NCBI GenBank assembly: GCA_963805975.1
Contig: CAWDVR010000003.1
Coordinates: forward strand, 416,001-480,000
Direction: 5' to 3'
Length of the DNA: 64,000 bases
Source: an uncultured Acidobacteriota bacterium
GTDB taxonomy: Bacteria > Acidobacteriota > Thermoanaerobaculia > Multivoradales > SZUA-115
Part shown: positions 1 to 10,235 of the stretch, in pieces
How the letters are laid out: every line of letters starts with the position of its first letter
Position numbering within the stretch: the stretch's first letter is position 1
Translations under genes and position numbers: made by a program
Notes under the pieces: model-generated
Databases searched by the model: none
Seen by the model: only the letters and a program-made list of their open reading frames with translations
What the model was told of the DNA's origin: nothing

Positions 1-329
1 ATCACCGGGTCCTGCGACTCGGCGCCCAGCCGCGTCAGGTACTCCTTGAGCGTGATCGGGATCTGGCCGCTCTGGTCCGCGGCGCCGACCGAGTTGAAGA
101 CGAAGAGGGCGCCCTGCTTCGAGAACCCGAGGAGGGCGTTGAAGACGTCGTTGAGCTTGAGGAAGAACCGCGCCCCCGGCTCCCACCAGAGGACCAGGAA
201 GCCGAAGACGAGCTGCAGCGCCAGGCCCCAGATCACCACCCGCCAGGGAAAGCGCTTGCGGTCCTCGGAGAGCAGCCAGGCGGCGAAGATGAAGACGAAG
301 ATGCCGAGGAGCGAGACGAGGTTCCTCAC
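1..329 (-). CDS. CNT-family (NupC-like) nucleoside:cation symporter, N-terminal part (runs off window)
   Basis: Own translation of the minus strand from GTG at 329, with GGAGGG upstream: MRNLVSLLGIFVFIFAAWLLSEDRKRFPWRVVIWGLALQLVFG...GALFVF, the typical CNT N-terminus. Not in the ORF track. Confidence 0.85.
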   Translation of the reverse strand, partial: MRNLVSLLGIFVFIFAAWLLSEDRKRFPWRVVIWGLALQLVFGFLVLWWEPGARFFLKLNDVFNALLGFSKQGALFVFNSVGAADQSGQIPITLKEYLTRLGAESQDPV

Positions 330-463
330 AGCCGATCCCTCCACAGAGGTCTACTGAACCCCGTCCACTCGAGGGCAGGGGGCCCGGGCCAGCTCCGGCA
401 GCCGTTGCGCAAAATCGTCCCGCAGTCTCGCCCGGATGCCGGTGGAGGTCAAGCGGCAGCTCT

Positions 464-2065
464 GTGGCTCGGGCCGGGAGCTTGCCCAGGATTTTGTGCA
501 CTCCCGAGGGTTGCAAAGCGGCCGATTCGGTGTATCGTCAGTCGACGTCGCTCCCCGTGGGGCAGCTCTCGCTTCTCGCTATCTTCGGAGGTTGCGGAAC
601 CTTGCTCAGGAAGACTTCTCGCGCCGCGCAACTTCGCTTCGTTCTCGTACCCCTCCTGATCTCCGCCCTGTGGTTGCCGGAGGCGCTCGCCAACGCGGCG
701 ATGGTCCGCGCCCTGGGCCCGCGCATCTCCGAGGCCCGACGGTCCTCGCCCGACCTCGGGGTGCACGTGGTCGAGGTCGCGACCGGCGACGAGGTCTACG
801 GCTACCGGGCGGACGAGCTGCAGGTGCTGGCCTCGAACACCAAGCTGTTCACCACCGCCGCGGCCCTCGACATGCTGGGCGCCGGCTTCGAGTACGACAC
901 GCCGGTGCTGATCCGCGGCTCGGTCTACGCCGGCGCCCTGGGGGGTGACCTGGCGGTGGTCGGGAGCGGCGACCCCAACCTCTCCGGCCGGCTCTACGGC
1001 GGCGACCCCTACCACGTGTTCCGCGACTGGGCGCGGGCGCTCAAGGCGCGCGGCGTCTCCCGCGTGCGTGGCGACCTGTACCTGGTGCGTGGGCTCTTCG
1101 ACTCGCGGACCCTCCATCCCGACTGGCCCGCCGACCAGCTCGCCCGCTGGTACGAGGCGCCGGTCGACTCGCTGTCGTTCGCCGACAACTGCGTCGGGGT
1201 GCGGGTCTACCCCGGCGCCCGGCGCGGCGCCGCCGGCTCGGTCGAGCTGGTGCCGCCGGTGGACATCTTCCGGGTGGTCAACCGCGTCACCACTACGGCC
1301 TCGCGCCGCGGGCAGCGCGTGGTGGTGAGCCGCGCGCACGGCAGCCACGAGATCCTGGTCTCCGGCGCCGTCTACCAGCAGGATGGCCCGATCGAGACCG
1401 AGGTCACCGTGCCCGACCCGGTGGAGTACTTCGGCGCCGCCCTCGAGGCGGCGCTCGCCGGCGAAGGGGTGGCGATCGAGGGCGCGACGCGGATCGTCGA
1501 GACGCTGCCCGGCGACGTCTGGGAGCGGGTGGCGAGCGCGCGCTCGGATCTGCTCACCACGCTCTCGGTCACCAACCAGAAGAGCCAGAACTTCTACGCC
1601 GAGAGCCTGATCAAGCTGCTCGCCGCCCGCACGGCGGGCGAGGGGAGCTGGCGGGAAGGCGCACGGGCGGTCTCCAACTTCCTCCACCGCGCGGGCCTGC
1701 CCGACGGCTTCGAGCTGGCGGACGGCTCCGGCATGAGCCGCGGCAACCGGGCCACGCCGCGCCACCTGACGACGCTTCTGCGCCACATGTACCTGCGGCC
1801 GGACGGCAAGACCTTCGTCGCCACCCTGCCGCTCTCGGGCGGCGACGAGGGGACCTGGAGCTATCGCCTGCGCGAGTCGCCGTACCGCGGCAACGTGTGG
1901 GCCAAGACCGGGACGCTCTCCGGTGTCTCCAGCCTTTCCGGCTACGCCCGGGCCCTCTCCGGCCGCGTCTACGCCTTCTCGATCCTCTGCAATGGCACGG
2001 GATCGGTATGGCGGGCCCGCCGCGCGCAGGACTCGATCGTGCGCGCGCTCGTCGACTTCGGTTGA
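464..2065 (+). CDS. dacB: D-Ala-D-Ala carboxypeptidase/endopeptidase (PBP4, peptidase S13)
   Basis: ASNTK (SxxK), SQN (SxN), DGSGMSR and AKTGTL motifs. True start is probably further downstream (~600). Confidence 0.92.
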   Translation: MARAGSLPRILCTPEGCKAADSVYRQSTSLPVGQLSLLAIFGGCGTLLRKTSRAAQLRFVLVPLLISALWLPEALANAAMVRALGPRISEARRSSPDLGVHVVEVATGDEVYGYRADELQVLASNTKLFTTAAALDMLGAGFEYDTPVLIRGSVYAGALGGDLAVVGSGDPNLSGRLYGGDPYHVFRDWARALKARGVSRVRGDLYLVRGLFDSRTLHPDWPADQLARWYEAPVDSLSFADNCVGVRVYPGARRGAAGSVELVPPVDIFRVVNRVTTTASRRGQRVVVSRAHGSHEILVSGAVYQQDGPIETEVTVPDPVEYFGAALEAALAGEGVAIEGATRIVETLPGDVWERVASARSDLLTTLSVTNQKSQNFYAESLIKLLAARTAGEGSWREGARAVSNFLHRAGLPDGFELADGSGMSRGNRATPRHLTTLLRHMYLRPDGKTFVATLPLSGGDEGTWSYRLRESPYRGNVWAKTGTLSGVSSLSGYARALSGRVYAFSILCNGTGSVWRARRAQDSIVRALVDFG

Positions 2066-2149
2066 CGCGCCCCAGGCCGCGGCCGGGCGCGTGGTAGCCT
2101 TTCGCTTCCCCGCAACAACGAACCGCCACCACTCCTCGAGGGACCTCCC

Positions 2150-3388
2150 GTGACCGCACCAGCACCCCGGCCCGTGGACTACCACCAGCGGATGAAGAAG
2201 GTCGAGAATTTCGTCGAGGCGATCGAGAACGCCGCGGACGTGGCCACCACGCTGCACGCCGCGGTCGCCGCCATCGTGGCGCAGTTCCGTGACGAGCTGG
2301 GCATCTTCGGCGGGCGCCTCTACCGGCGCGACGATCAGGACTACGTCTTGCTCGCCACCTTCCCCGACGCCAAGCAGGTGGACGGTATCCGCGTGCCGCG
2401 CAACTACGGCCCCATCGAGCGCGTGCTGGAGGAGGGGACGCTCTACATGAGCCCCGCCGACCCCGGCTTCGACCGCGACCTCGAGGAGAAGCTCGGGGTG
2501 GAGCAGTTCGCCGCCGTCGAGGTGGCGGGCGAGGAGTACATCCTCGCCTTCAACGTGACACCGGGGCCGCACAAGGACGACATCCTCTTCTCGCTCGGCA
2601 TCCTGCGCCACACGCTCGACCAGAAGCTAGCCCGCGAGCGCATGGCCGGGGTGTTCAACGAGGCGCGTATCATCCAGACCTCGATCCTGCCCAAGCGCTC
2701 GCCGGTCTACGGCCCCTACGAGATCGCCGGCAAGAGCCGGCCGGTCGAGAGCGTGGGCGGCGACTTCTACGACTTCATCCCGATCACCGACAAGATCATG
2801 GGGATCGCCATCGCCGACGTCTCCGGCCACGGGCTGCCGGCGGCGCTCCAGGTGCGCGACATCTACACCGGCCTGCGCATGGGCATGGCGCGGGACTTCA
2901 AGATCGTGCGCACGGTCGAGCGACTCAACCGCATCATCCACGAGAGCACGCTCACCAGCCGCTTCGTGTCGATGTTCTACGGCGAGCTGGAGCTCAACGG
3001 CCTCTTCATCTACGTCAATGCCGGCCACCCGCCGCCGTTCCGCCTGCGGGCGGAGGACGGCGGGGTGGACTTCATGGAGGCGGGGGGCGCCGTCCTGGGA
3101 CCGCTCTCCGAGGCCACCTACGAGCGCGGCTTCGTGACCATGCGGCCGGGCGACGTGGCGGTGCTCTACACCGACGGCATCGTCGAGACCATGGGGCCGG
3201 ACGAGGACGGCAAGTATGCCGAGTTCGGCACCGACCGGCTGCAAGAGGTGGTGCGTGCCCACCGCGAGCGGCCGGCGGCGGAGATCATCGAAGCCATCTT
3301 CCACGCCGTCGAGACCTTCGGCGACCATCGCCCGGCGGCGGACGACCGCACGGTGGTCGTGGTGCGCTACCCGCAAGAGAACGCTTGA
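2150..3388 (+). CDS. PP2C/SpoIIE-family (RsbU-like) Ser phosphatase with N-terminal GAF-like domain
   Basis: VGGDFYD, IADVSGHGLPAAL, NAGHPPP, YTDGIVE and DDRT motifs. Confidence 0.92.
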   Translation: MTAPAPRPVDYHQRMKKVENFVEAIENAADVATTLHAAVAAIVAQFRDELGIFGGRLYRRDDQDYVLLATFPDAKQVDGIRVPRNYGPIERVLEEGTLYMSPADPGFDRDLEEKLGVEQFAAVEVAGEEYILAFNVTPGPHKDDILFSLGILRHTLDQKLARERMAGVFNEARIIQTSILPKRSPVYGPYEIAGKSRPVESVGGDFYDFIPITDKIMGIAIADVSGHGLPAALQVRDIYTGLRMGMARDFKIVRTVERLNRIIHESTLTSRFVSMFYGELELNGLFIYVNAGHPPPFRLRAEDGGVDFMEAGGAVLGPLSEATYERGFVTMRPGDVAVLYTDGIVETMGPDEDGKYAEFGTDRLQEVVRAHRERPAAEIIEAIFHAVETFGDHRPAADDRTVVVVRYPQENA

Positions 3389-3418
3389 GAGCCGGCAGGG
3401 CCGAGAGGAAGCAACGAC

Positions 3419-3607
3419 ATGAGCGACAACCGCAAGTACACGCTCGAGCTCAAAGAGGCTCAGTTCCAGTACCTGACCCGGATGGCCAAGAAGTACGACC
3501 TGCCCGACGAGGGCAAGGCGGTGCGCTGCCTGATCAACTTCGGGACCGAGCAGGACGAAAGCGGCGAGCGGGGGATCTTCGAGGAAGTGCGCTGCCTGGA
3601 TTGCTAG
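3419..3607 (+). CDS. small hypothetical protein, RHH-like, with C-terminal CxxC
   Basis: 62 aa, GAGGA SD, good codon usage, strand-helix-helix pattern, ends RCLDC. Confidence 0.6.
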   Translation: MSDNRKYTLELKEAQFQYLTRMAKKYDLPDEGKAVRCLINFGTEQDESGERGIFEEVRCLDC

Positions 3608-4281
3608 CCCAGCTCCACGATCTCCAGCTCCTGCCGCAGCTTGATGATGCTCCCCGCCGGGTAGACGCCGGCCCGGAGCTGCACGCCGGGATAGATCTGC
3701 GTGCCACGGCCGACCACCACGCCGGGGTGGAGCACCGAGTTGCAGCCGGTGGCGACGGCGTCGCCCAGCACGGCGCCGAGCTTGCGGCGGCCGGTGGGAA
3801 GCGGCGTGCCGCCCAACGGGATGCGGATCTCGCCGCCGTCGTGGCGGAAGTTGGAGAGCACCGTCCCCGCCCCCAGGTTGACCCCACGGCCGAGGATCGA
3901 GTCGCCCACGTAGTTCAGGTGCGGAGCTTTGGCGCCGGGGAGTAGGATGGCGCGCTTGATCTCGGTCGAAGCGCCCACCACCGCTCCATCGCCCAGGTAG
4001 ACGCCGCCGCGCAGGTAGGCCCCCGGCCGGATCTCCACGTCACGGCCGATCCACACCGGCCCCTCGATCACCGCACCGGGTCCGATGCGGGTGCCCTTGC
4101 CGATGGCGATCCGGTCTCCCAGCAGGTGGATGTCCGCCGGCACGGCGATCTCGAGGCGCTCGCTGGGCAGGGCGTCGAGCAGCTCCTCGAGCGGCTCGCC
4201 GAGGAGGCCCCAGGGCCTTTCCGGCTCGAAGCCCGCGGCGAGCTCCGGCGGCAGCTCGGCAAAGAGAGGAGGGAAGGTCAC
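3604..4281 (-). CDS. left-handed beta-helix (hexapeptide) transferase, GlmU C-terminal-like
   Basis: Hexapeptide repeats, HLNYVGDSILG, NLGAGT and TGRRKLGAVLGD motifs. Confidence 0.88.
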   Translation of the reverse strand: MTFPPLFAELPPELAAGFEPERPWGLLGEPLEELLDALPSERLEIAVPADIHLLGDRIAIGKGTRIGPGAVIEGPVWIGRDVEIRPGAYLRGGVYLGDGAVVGASTEIKRAILLPGAKAPHLNYVGDSILGRGVNLGAGTVLSNFRHDGGEIRIPLGGTPLPTGRRKLGAVLGDAVATGCNSVLHPGVVVGRGTQIYPGVQLRAGVYPAGSIIKLRQELEIVELG

Positions 4282-4302
4282 GGGCCGGGATTATAGGCTC
4301 TC

Positions 4303-4938
4303 GTGGTGAGCCGCCTCCGCACCCTGCCGGCAGCCTTCTACCGCCGCGCTGCCGACGAGGTGGCGCGGGACCTTTTGGGCCGCTATCTGATTCACGAGCC
4401 GCAGGGGGGTGGGCGAATGGTGGTGCGGATCGTCGAGACCGAGGCCTATCTCGGCGCTCCGGACCGCGCGAGCCATGCCTGGGGCGGCCGGCGAACGGCC
4501 CGCAACGCCAGCCTCTACCTCGGCCCCGGCCACGCCTACGTCTACTTCATCTACGGCATGCACTTCTGCCTCAACGCGGTCACCGGGCCTCCCGGCCTGG
4601 GCGCTGCCGTGCTCTTCCGCGCCGGCGACGTGGTGGAGGGTCGTGCAGCGCTGGCCGCCAACCGCGGGCTGGGGGCCTTGGAGGCGGAGGGAACGCTGCG
4701 GCCGGGCCAGCTCGCGGGCGGCCCGGGCCGTCTCTGCCGGGCGCTCGCCATCGACCGCCGCCAGGACGGCCTGCTCCTGACCTGCGGCCCGCTGCGCATC
4801 ACCCGGGGCGAGCCGGTAGAGCCGGCGGCCGTGGCCACCGGCCCGCGCATCGGTGTCGCCTACGCGGGCGAGGCCGCAGAGTGGCCCCTGCGCTTCGCGC
4901 TGAGAGGGAACCGGGAGGTATCAAGGCCACGGCTGTAG
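4303..4938 (+). CDS. mpg: DNA-3-methyladenine glycosylase (MPG/AAG family)
   Basis: IVETEAY, YVYFIYGMHFCLN, GPGRLC and GPRIGV motifs. Start is probably the GTG at 4306. Confidence 0.93.
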   Translation: MVSRLRTLPAAFYRRAADEVARDLLGRYLIHEPQGGGRMVVRIVETEAYLGAPDRASHAWGGRRTARNASLYLGPGHAYVYFIYGMHFCLNAVTGPPGLGAAVLFRAGDVVEGRAALAANRGLGALEAEGTLRPGQLAGGPGRLCRALAIDRRQDGLLLTCGPLRITRGEPVEPAAVATGPRIGVAYAGEAAEWPLRFALRGNREVSRPRL

Positions 4939-5006
4939 CGGCCGGGCCTGTGCCGGCCGTCTTGCAGAAGCCGGCATTGCACGGCCGGTACAAGCCCGGC
5001 CGCTAC
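4935..5006. repeat. GTAG-type REP doublet (REPIN-like)
   Basis: GTAG-CGGCCGG-gcctgtg-CCGGCCG followed by its inverted partner ending CCGGCCGCTAC. The TAG is the mpg stop codon. Lies between convergent genes. Confidence 0.75.
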
Positions 5007-5041
5007 GTCCAGAAGTCGAGGAACCGGTGGCCCGGCACCGT

Positions 5042-6181
5042 TCACTCCAGCCGGATGTGCCCGGCGACCGCCAGGCGCCAGATGACCAGCAGGCCGTCGA
5101 GCTGCTGCATGGGGCTTATCTTGAGGAGAGACTTCAGGTCGTACTGGCCGTTGATGCGGGTCAGGACGAACCCTTCCTGGGGCGTCAGGTCGAGGGCGGT
5201 GATCTCGTTCAGGTCGACGTTGAGCTTGGGCACCGAGTCGAGCCGCACTCCGGCCGCCTCTACCGCCTCGCGGATGCGCTGTTCCGACTTCTCCACCGCT
5301 CGCTGCACGTCGCGGTTGTCCGGCTCCAGGCTCTTGGCGGCGCGCAGGTGCCGCAGGACCGCCTGGTAGTCCTGCCGGGCGAGGTGCTGCTCGGCCGCCT
5401 TGACCAGCGCTGCCGCCGACACCGAGGAATCCTGGGTTGCGACCTCCGCCTCCTGCGCCGGCACCTGGGGCGGCGCCGACCAGCGCGGCTTGATCATCTT
5501 GATGCGCCCGCGGCGCACCTGCTCGAAGATCACCTTGCAGACCCGGTACTCGCTCGAGTGGGTGTGCAGGCAGATCTCCTCCAGGGTGCGGTCGTCGTTG
5601 ACGAGCTGCAGGATCGAGAGGGCGCCGGCGTCGATCCCCGGGTCGGTGAGCTGATCGACCAGCACCGGGATCGCCTGCATCGAAGGGATCATCTCGCGGA
5701 TGCGGCGCCACTCGTCGGCGCGCCGGGCGCCCTCGAGGATGAGGGCGGCGACGTCGAGGTCGATGGGGATGAGGTTCGAGACCGGCAGCTCGCCGTCGTG
5801 GAAGCGGAACTCGGCCTCGGCCCAGGAGAAGACGTTGTAGATCGACTCCTCGGCCTTGACCCGCAGCAGGCGTTGCAGGTCCGGCTCGGAGACCGCGCCG
5901 ATGGTCACCAGGATCTTGCCCAGGAGCATCTGATTCGACTCCTGCATCTCGATCGCCTTGGCGAGCTCGACCTCGGTGATCAGGCCGTGGCTCACCAGGA
6001 AATGGCCCAGGTACTCCTTGGGGTCGGTCGAGGAGGAGGAGAAGATGCGGCCGGAGCGGAAATAGATCCGCTTCTGGATCTCGCCGTTGTCCATCACCAG
6101 GGTGCCGGTCTTGCTGCTGTGCGACAGCCACTGCAGCAGCTCGGCCACCTGCATGGTGTTGAGATTGCCCGCGATGCTCAT
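5042..6181 (-). CDS. DUF4388 (PatA-N-like) domain protein with TPR-like helix and C-terminal winged-helix
   Basis: MSIAGNLNTMQVAELLQWL..SKTGTL, LGHFLV, FSWAEAEFRF and LTPQEGFVLTRING motifs. Confidence 0.8.
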   Translation of the reverse strand: MSIAGNLNTMQVAELLQWLSHSSKTGTLVMDNGEIQKRIYFRSGRIFSSSSTDPKEYLGHFLVSHGLITEVELAKAIEMQESNQMLLGKILVTIGAVSEPDLQRLLRVKAEESIYNVFSWAEAEFRFHDGELPVSNLIPIDLDVAALILEGARRADEWRRIREMIPSMQAIPVLVDQLTDPGIDAGALSILQLVNDDRTLEEICLHTHSSEYRVCKVIFEQVRRGRIKMIKPRWSAPPQVPAQEAEVATQDSSVSAAALVKAAEQHLARQDYQAVLRHLRAAKSLEPDNRDVQRAVEKSEQRIREAVEAAGVRLDSVPKLNVDLNEITALDLTPQEGFVLTRINGQYDLKSLLKISPMQQLDGLLVIWRLAVAGHIRLE

Positions 6182-6293
6182 CGTTTGGCGGGGAGATTAT
6201 AGAGCCGGATCGATGAGTTCGGAGATCGAAGGGAGCGCGAGGCCGGTGCTGCCCCCCGGTGAGGAGTCCCGGGCCTCGCTGCCGACGGCTCGC

Positions 6294-6782
6294 TCACGAG
6301 CGGGCGCGGGTGGTTCCGGTCTGGCCTTGATAGTGGCTCGACGAGCCGGGCTCGCCATAGGCGACCTCGGGCTCGCTCTCCATGGCGATGAAGATGAGCT
6401 GGGCGATGCGCCGGCCGGCCTCGAGCACGAAGGGCTCCGGCCCCAGGTTCTGGAGCTCGAGGGTGATGTTGCCCTCGAAGCCGGGGTCGCACCAGCCGGC
6501 GAGGGAATGGTTGATCCACACCCGGCCGAGGGTCGATTTGAGCTTCAGGTCGCAGGCCACGTTGCGCGGGATCGTCACGTACTCGATGGTCGAGGCGAGC
6601 ACCACCTCGCCGGGGAAGAGCTTGACCCGGGGCGAGGCGAAGCTTTCCGGGTCGCGCGTCGGGCAGATCCACTGGTCGGAGACCCGCACGTCGTAGCTCG
6701 CGGCGTTGACCTGCTCGGGGCTGAAGGGCTCGGCACCTCCCGCGAGGCCCCAGGCGCGGATCCAGGAGTCGGGTTTGATCAT
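6294..6782 (-). CDS. dcd: dCTP deaminase
   Basis: VNAASYD, KSTLGR, AGWCDPGFEGNITLEL, RIAQLIF and YQGQ motifs. Confidence 0.92.
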   Translation of the reverse strand: MIKPDSWIRAWGLAGGAEPFSPEQVNAASYDVRVSDQWICPTRDPESFASPRVKLFPGEVVLASTIEYVTIPRNVACDLKLKSTLGRVWINHSLAGWCDPGFEGNITLELQNLGPEPFVLEAGRRIAQLIFIAMESEPEVAYGEPGSSSHYQGQTGTTRARS

Positions 6783-6789
6783 CGCCCGC

Positions 6790-7806
6790 TCAGCGGAACT
6801 GCACGGGGAAATGCAGGCCTTCGCGATGGATGGTGTCGACGAAGCGCACCATGCGCCGCGGCAACGACATGAAGAGCGTCGAGGTGCGGCAGCCGCCGCC
6901 GAAGAAGCGCACGCCCTTGAGGAGCTGGCCGTCGGTGACCCCGGTCGAGCTGAAGATGAGCTGCTCGCCGGGGGCCAGCTCCTCGGTCGAGTAGACCTTC
7001 TCGAGGTCGGTGTAGCCCAGGGCGCGCAGGCGGTCCTTCTGCCCCTCGTCGGTCGCCACCAGGCGGGCCTGGATCTCGCCGCCCAGGCAGCGCATGGCCG
7101 CGGCCGTGATCACGCCCTCGGGCGCGCCGCCGATGCCCATCACCGCGTGCACACCGGTGCCGCGCACCGCCGCCGCGATCCCCGCCGAGAGGTCGCCGTC
7201 CGAGATCAGCCGGATGCGGGCGCCGGCGGCGCGGATGTCGGCGATCAACTGCTCGTGCCGCGGCCGGTCGAGCACCACCACCGTCAGGTCGTTGACCTCG
7301 CGGCCGAAGGCCTCGGCCAGGTTGCGCAGGTTCTCGCCCACCGGGGCGTCGATGTGCACCCGGCCGCGGGCCGTGGGGCCGACGACGATCTTCTGCATGT
7401 AGGTGTCGGGCGCGTGCAGCAGGCCGCCGCGCTCGGAGGCGGCGAGCACGGCCACGGCGTCCGGGGAGCCGGTGGCGCAGAGGTTGGTGCCCTCGAGCGG
7501 ATCGACGGCGATGTCGACCGCCGGCACGCCCTCGGGCGGCCGGCCGTCGCCGCTCCCCTTCAGGGCGCCCACCTCCTCGCCGACGTAGAGCATGGGCGCT
7601 TCGTCGCGCTCGCCCTCGCCGATCACCACCCGGCCGGCGATCGGCAGGCTGTCGAGCTCCCGGCGCATGGCCTCCACCGCCACGTGGTCGCTCGCGTGGC
7701 GGTCGCCGTAGCCCATGGTATGGGCGGCGGCGATCGCCGCCTGCTCGGTGACGCGGATGAAGTCCTGCTCCAGGACGCGGTCGAGGCCTTCGACTCCGTT
7801 GGCCAT
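6790..7806 (-). CDS. glpX: class II fructose-1,6-bisphosphatase
   Basis: [29 protein letters not shown] and GGAPEGV motifs. Confidence 0.95.
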   Translation of the reverse strand: MANGVEGLDRVLEQDFIRVTEQAAIAAAHTMGYGDRHASDHVAVEAMRRELDSLPIAGRVVIGEGERDEAPMLYVGEEVGALKGSGDGRPPEGVPAVDIAVDPLEGTNLCATGSPDAVAVLAASERGGLLHAPDTYMQKIVVGPTARGRVHIDAPVGENLRNLAEAFGREVNDLTVVVLDRPRHEQLIADIRAAGARIRLISDGDLSAGIAAAVRGTGVHAVMGIGGAPEGVITAAAMRCLGGEIQARLVATDEGQKDRLRALGYTDLEKVYSTEELAPGEQLIFSSTGVTDGQLLKGVRFFGGGCRTSTLFMSLPRRMVRFVDTIHREGLHFPVQFR

Positions 7807-9026
7807 CAGCGGCGATCTCCCGCCAGCGCCGGCGCCGGCTCTTCCTTCCTCGCCGGCGGGTTGAACGCCGGGATGCCGGTGACCCGCTCGCCGATCACCA
7901 GGCCGTGGATGTCGTGGGTGCCTTCATAGGTGTAGACGGACTCGATGTTGAGCAGGTGGCGGATCACCGGATAGTCGTCCACGATGCCGTTGGCGCCCAG
8001 GATCTCGCGCGCCAGCTTGGCGCACTCACGCGCCACCCACACGTTGTTCCGCTTGCCCATCGACACGTGGTAGTGCTTGAGCGTGCCGGCATCCTTCAGG
8101 CGGCCGAGCTGCAGGGCCAGGAGCTGGCCCTTGGTGATCTCGGAGATCATCCAGGCGAGCTTCTCCTGGATGAGCTGGTGCGCGGCGATCGGCTGGCCCC
8201 CGAACTGGATGCGGGACTTGGCGTACTCGAGGGCCGTGTAGTAGGTCTGCATCGCCGAGCCGATGCCACCCCAGGCAATGCCGTAACGCGCCTGGTTGAG
8301 GCACATGAGCGCGCTCTTCAAGCCATCGGTGCCGGGCAGGAGGTTGTCGGCCGGGATGCGGCAGTCGAGGAAGCCGAGCTCGGAGGTGGTCGAGGCGCGC
8401 AACGAGAACTTGCCGTGCTGGTCGCTCGAGGTGAAGCCCGGCGTGCCTTTCTCGACCAGGAAGCCGCGGATGCCGTCGGCGGTCTGCGCCCACACCACGG
8501 CGACGTCGGAGAGCGTGCCGTTGGTGATCCACTGCTTGGAGCCGTTGAGCACCCAGGACGAGCCGTCGCGCCGCGCCGCGGTGCGCATGCCGCCGGGGTT
8601 GGAGCCGAAGTCAGGCTCGGTCAGGCCGAAGCAGCCGATCGCCTCGCCGGAGCCCAGGGCCGGGATCCAGCGGTCTTTCTGCTCCTTCGAGCCGAAGGCG
8701 TAGATGGGGTACATGACGAGCGAGCTCTGCACGGAGACGAAGCTGCGCAGGCCGGAGTCGCCGCGCTCCAGCTCCTGCATGATGAGGCCGTAGGCCACGT
8801 TGCCGAGGCCCGGCAGGTCGTACTCGGCGATGGTCGAGCCGAAGAGGTTCAGGCGGCCCATCTCCGGCACCAGCTCGAGGGGGGTGCGGCCCTCGCGGTG
8901 GCACTCTTCGATGATCGGCATCACCCGCTCGTCGACGAAGGCGCGCACGCTGTCGCGGACCAGGCGTTCCTCGTCGGAGAGCAGGGAGTCGAAGTCCAGG
9001 TAATCCACACCGGGAAAGCGATTCAC
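7806..9026 (-). CDS. acyl-CoA dehydrogenase (glutaryl-CoA dehydrogenase-like)
   Basis: [23 protein letters not shown] and [10 protein letters not shown] motifs. Start reassigned to GTG at 9026, which has a GAGGAG SD. Confidence 0.9.
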   Translation of the reverse strand: MNRFPGVDYLDFDSLLSDEERLVRDSVRAFVDERVMPIIEECHREGRTPLELVPEMGRLNLFGSTIAEYDLPGLGNVAYGLIMQELERGDSGLRSFVSVQSSLVMYPIYAFGSKEQKDRWIPALGSGEAIGCFGLTEPDFGSNPGGMRTAARRDGSSWVLNGSKQWITNGTLSDVAVVWAQTADGIRGFLVEKGTPGFTSSDQHGKFSLRASTTSELGFLDCRIPADNLLPGTDGLKSALMCLNQARYGIAWGGIGSAMQTYYTALEYAKSRIQFGGQPIAAHQLIQEKLAWMISEITKGQLLALQLGRLKDAGTLKHYHVSMGKRNNVWVARECAKLAREILGANGIVDDYPVIRHLLNIESVYTYEGTHDIHGLVIGERVTGIPAFNPPARKEEPAPALAGDRR

Positions 9027-9104
9027 GGAGATCTCCTCATGGTTTCTGGGAGGCGGGAAGGGGCGACAAAATCGCCGCCGGATGATAGCACGGCGGTTGC
9101 GCCA

Positions 9105-9240
9105 CACCTGGAGGAGCAGCGGGGAGCCCGAGCCCATTCCGAGCTTCCAGGGGCCTGGGAGGAGCGGAGCGTTACCCCCAGGGGCGTCGAGCACCGGACC
9201 AGGCCCCTGGAAGCTCGGAATGCGCCGCTGCTGCCAGGTG
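9105..9240. repeat. long-stem hairpin element, copy 1 (conserved GAGGAGCGSAG...TCGAGCACCGSA loop)
   Basis: Perfect 24-bp inverted repeat 9135-9158/9199-9222 around a 40-nt core, plus an imperfect outer extension. Confidence 0.85.
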
Positions 9241-9268
9241 AGGAGCATCGGGACTATCATCGCCCGCC

Positions 9269-9538
9269 ATGGCCTCGTTTCCCGGTGGGAGCGCCTGGGC
9301 GATGGTGCGCGACATCGCCGAGGGCTACGTGTTGCTCACCGAGCGCTCGTTCCGCCCCTTCAGCCGGCCCGAGCTGGACAAGGTCCAGTTCGAGCTCGAC
9401 CGCAAGCTGCGGGAGCTGCGGGGCGAGCAGCCCGCCCTGGACGACCTGCCCGCGGTGCAGGGACGCAACCGCCGCCTGCAACGGCTGCAGACGGCGATGA
9501 CGATGCTGCAGGCGTTCCGGATGCGGCGGAAGACGTGA
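9269..9538 (+). CDS. hypothetical helical protein
   Basis: 89-aa ORF with high-GC3 coding pattern. TATCAT lies 8 nt before the ATG. Confidence 0.7.
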   Translation: MASFPGGSAWAMVRDIAEGYVLLTERSFRPFSRPELDKVQFELDRKLRELRGEQPALDDLPAVQGRNRRLQRLQTAMTMLQAFRMRRKT

Positions 9539-9544
9539 GGGGCC

Positions 9545-10177
9545 CTACCGCAGCCGCCACATCCCCACGAAGGTCAGCGCCAGACCGCCCAGGTCGTCCT
9601 CCCCGAAGGCGCGGCTGATGCCGGCCTCGCCGATCGCGTCCGGCACGGTCGAGTAGCGCAGCTCGGCGCCCCAGCGGAAACCCTCGCCGGCACGGCGCAG
9701 GCCGACGACGGCGTGGGCGCCGGGGTCCGTGCCGTCGGCGCTCCGGGTCCCACCCTCGTCCTCCCAGAACAGCAGGGTCGCGCCGCCGCCCGCGTAGAAG
9801 CGCCAGCGCGCGTCGGGGTTCGCGACCCAGGCGGCGGTCGCCGCGAGCGGCTGGTAGGTGAGGGTCTCTGCGATGCCCGTCGGCCGCGGCGGCCGGCTGG
9901 GGAGCACCTGCTCGCCCTCCACCCGGCCGTAGTCATAGGTGAGCGCGAGCAGCAGGTGGCGTCGCACCTCCGCCTCGAGCGCCAGCCCGACCTGCGGCAT
10001 GGGCTCGCCGAACACCGCGTCGTAGCTGTCGGCCGAGCCGATCATCTCGAAGGCGCCCAAGCGGCCACCCAGGCTCCAGCGCCAGGGCTCGCGGGGAGCT
10101 TCCCCGGCCGGCTCCTGGGCCGCGAGGGTGAGGGGAAGCAAGGCGGCGGCGAAGGCCAGCAGGACGCGGCGACTCAT
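9545..10177 (-). CDS. outer-membrane beta-barrel protein (8-stranded type)
   Basis: Signal peptide, alternating beta-strand pattern (FYAGGG, WGAELRY), terminal strand FVGMWRLR. Confidence 0.7.
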   Translation of the reverse strand: MSRRVLLAFAAALLPLTLAAQEPAGEAPREPWRWSLGGRLGAFEMIGSADSYDAVFGEPMPQVGLALEAEVRRHLLLALTYDYGRVEGEQVLPSRPPRPTGIAETLTYQPLAATAAWVANPDARWRFYAGGGATLLFWEDEGGTRSADGTDPGAHAVVGLRRAGEGFRWGAELRYSTVPDAIGEAGISRAFGEDDLGGLALTFVGMWRLR

Positions 10178-10194
10178 CGGAACCTCCCACGAAA

Positions 10195-10220
10195 TGTCAT
10201 CCTGAGCGCAGCGAAGGATC
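10195..10220. repeat. REP-like palindrome TGTCATCCTGAGCGCAGCGAAGGATC, copy 1
   Basis: Identical 26-mer at 27430-27455. Confidence 0.8.
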
Positions 10221-10235
10221 GCTCGCCGGCGCGCA

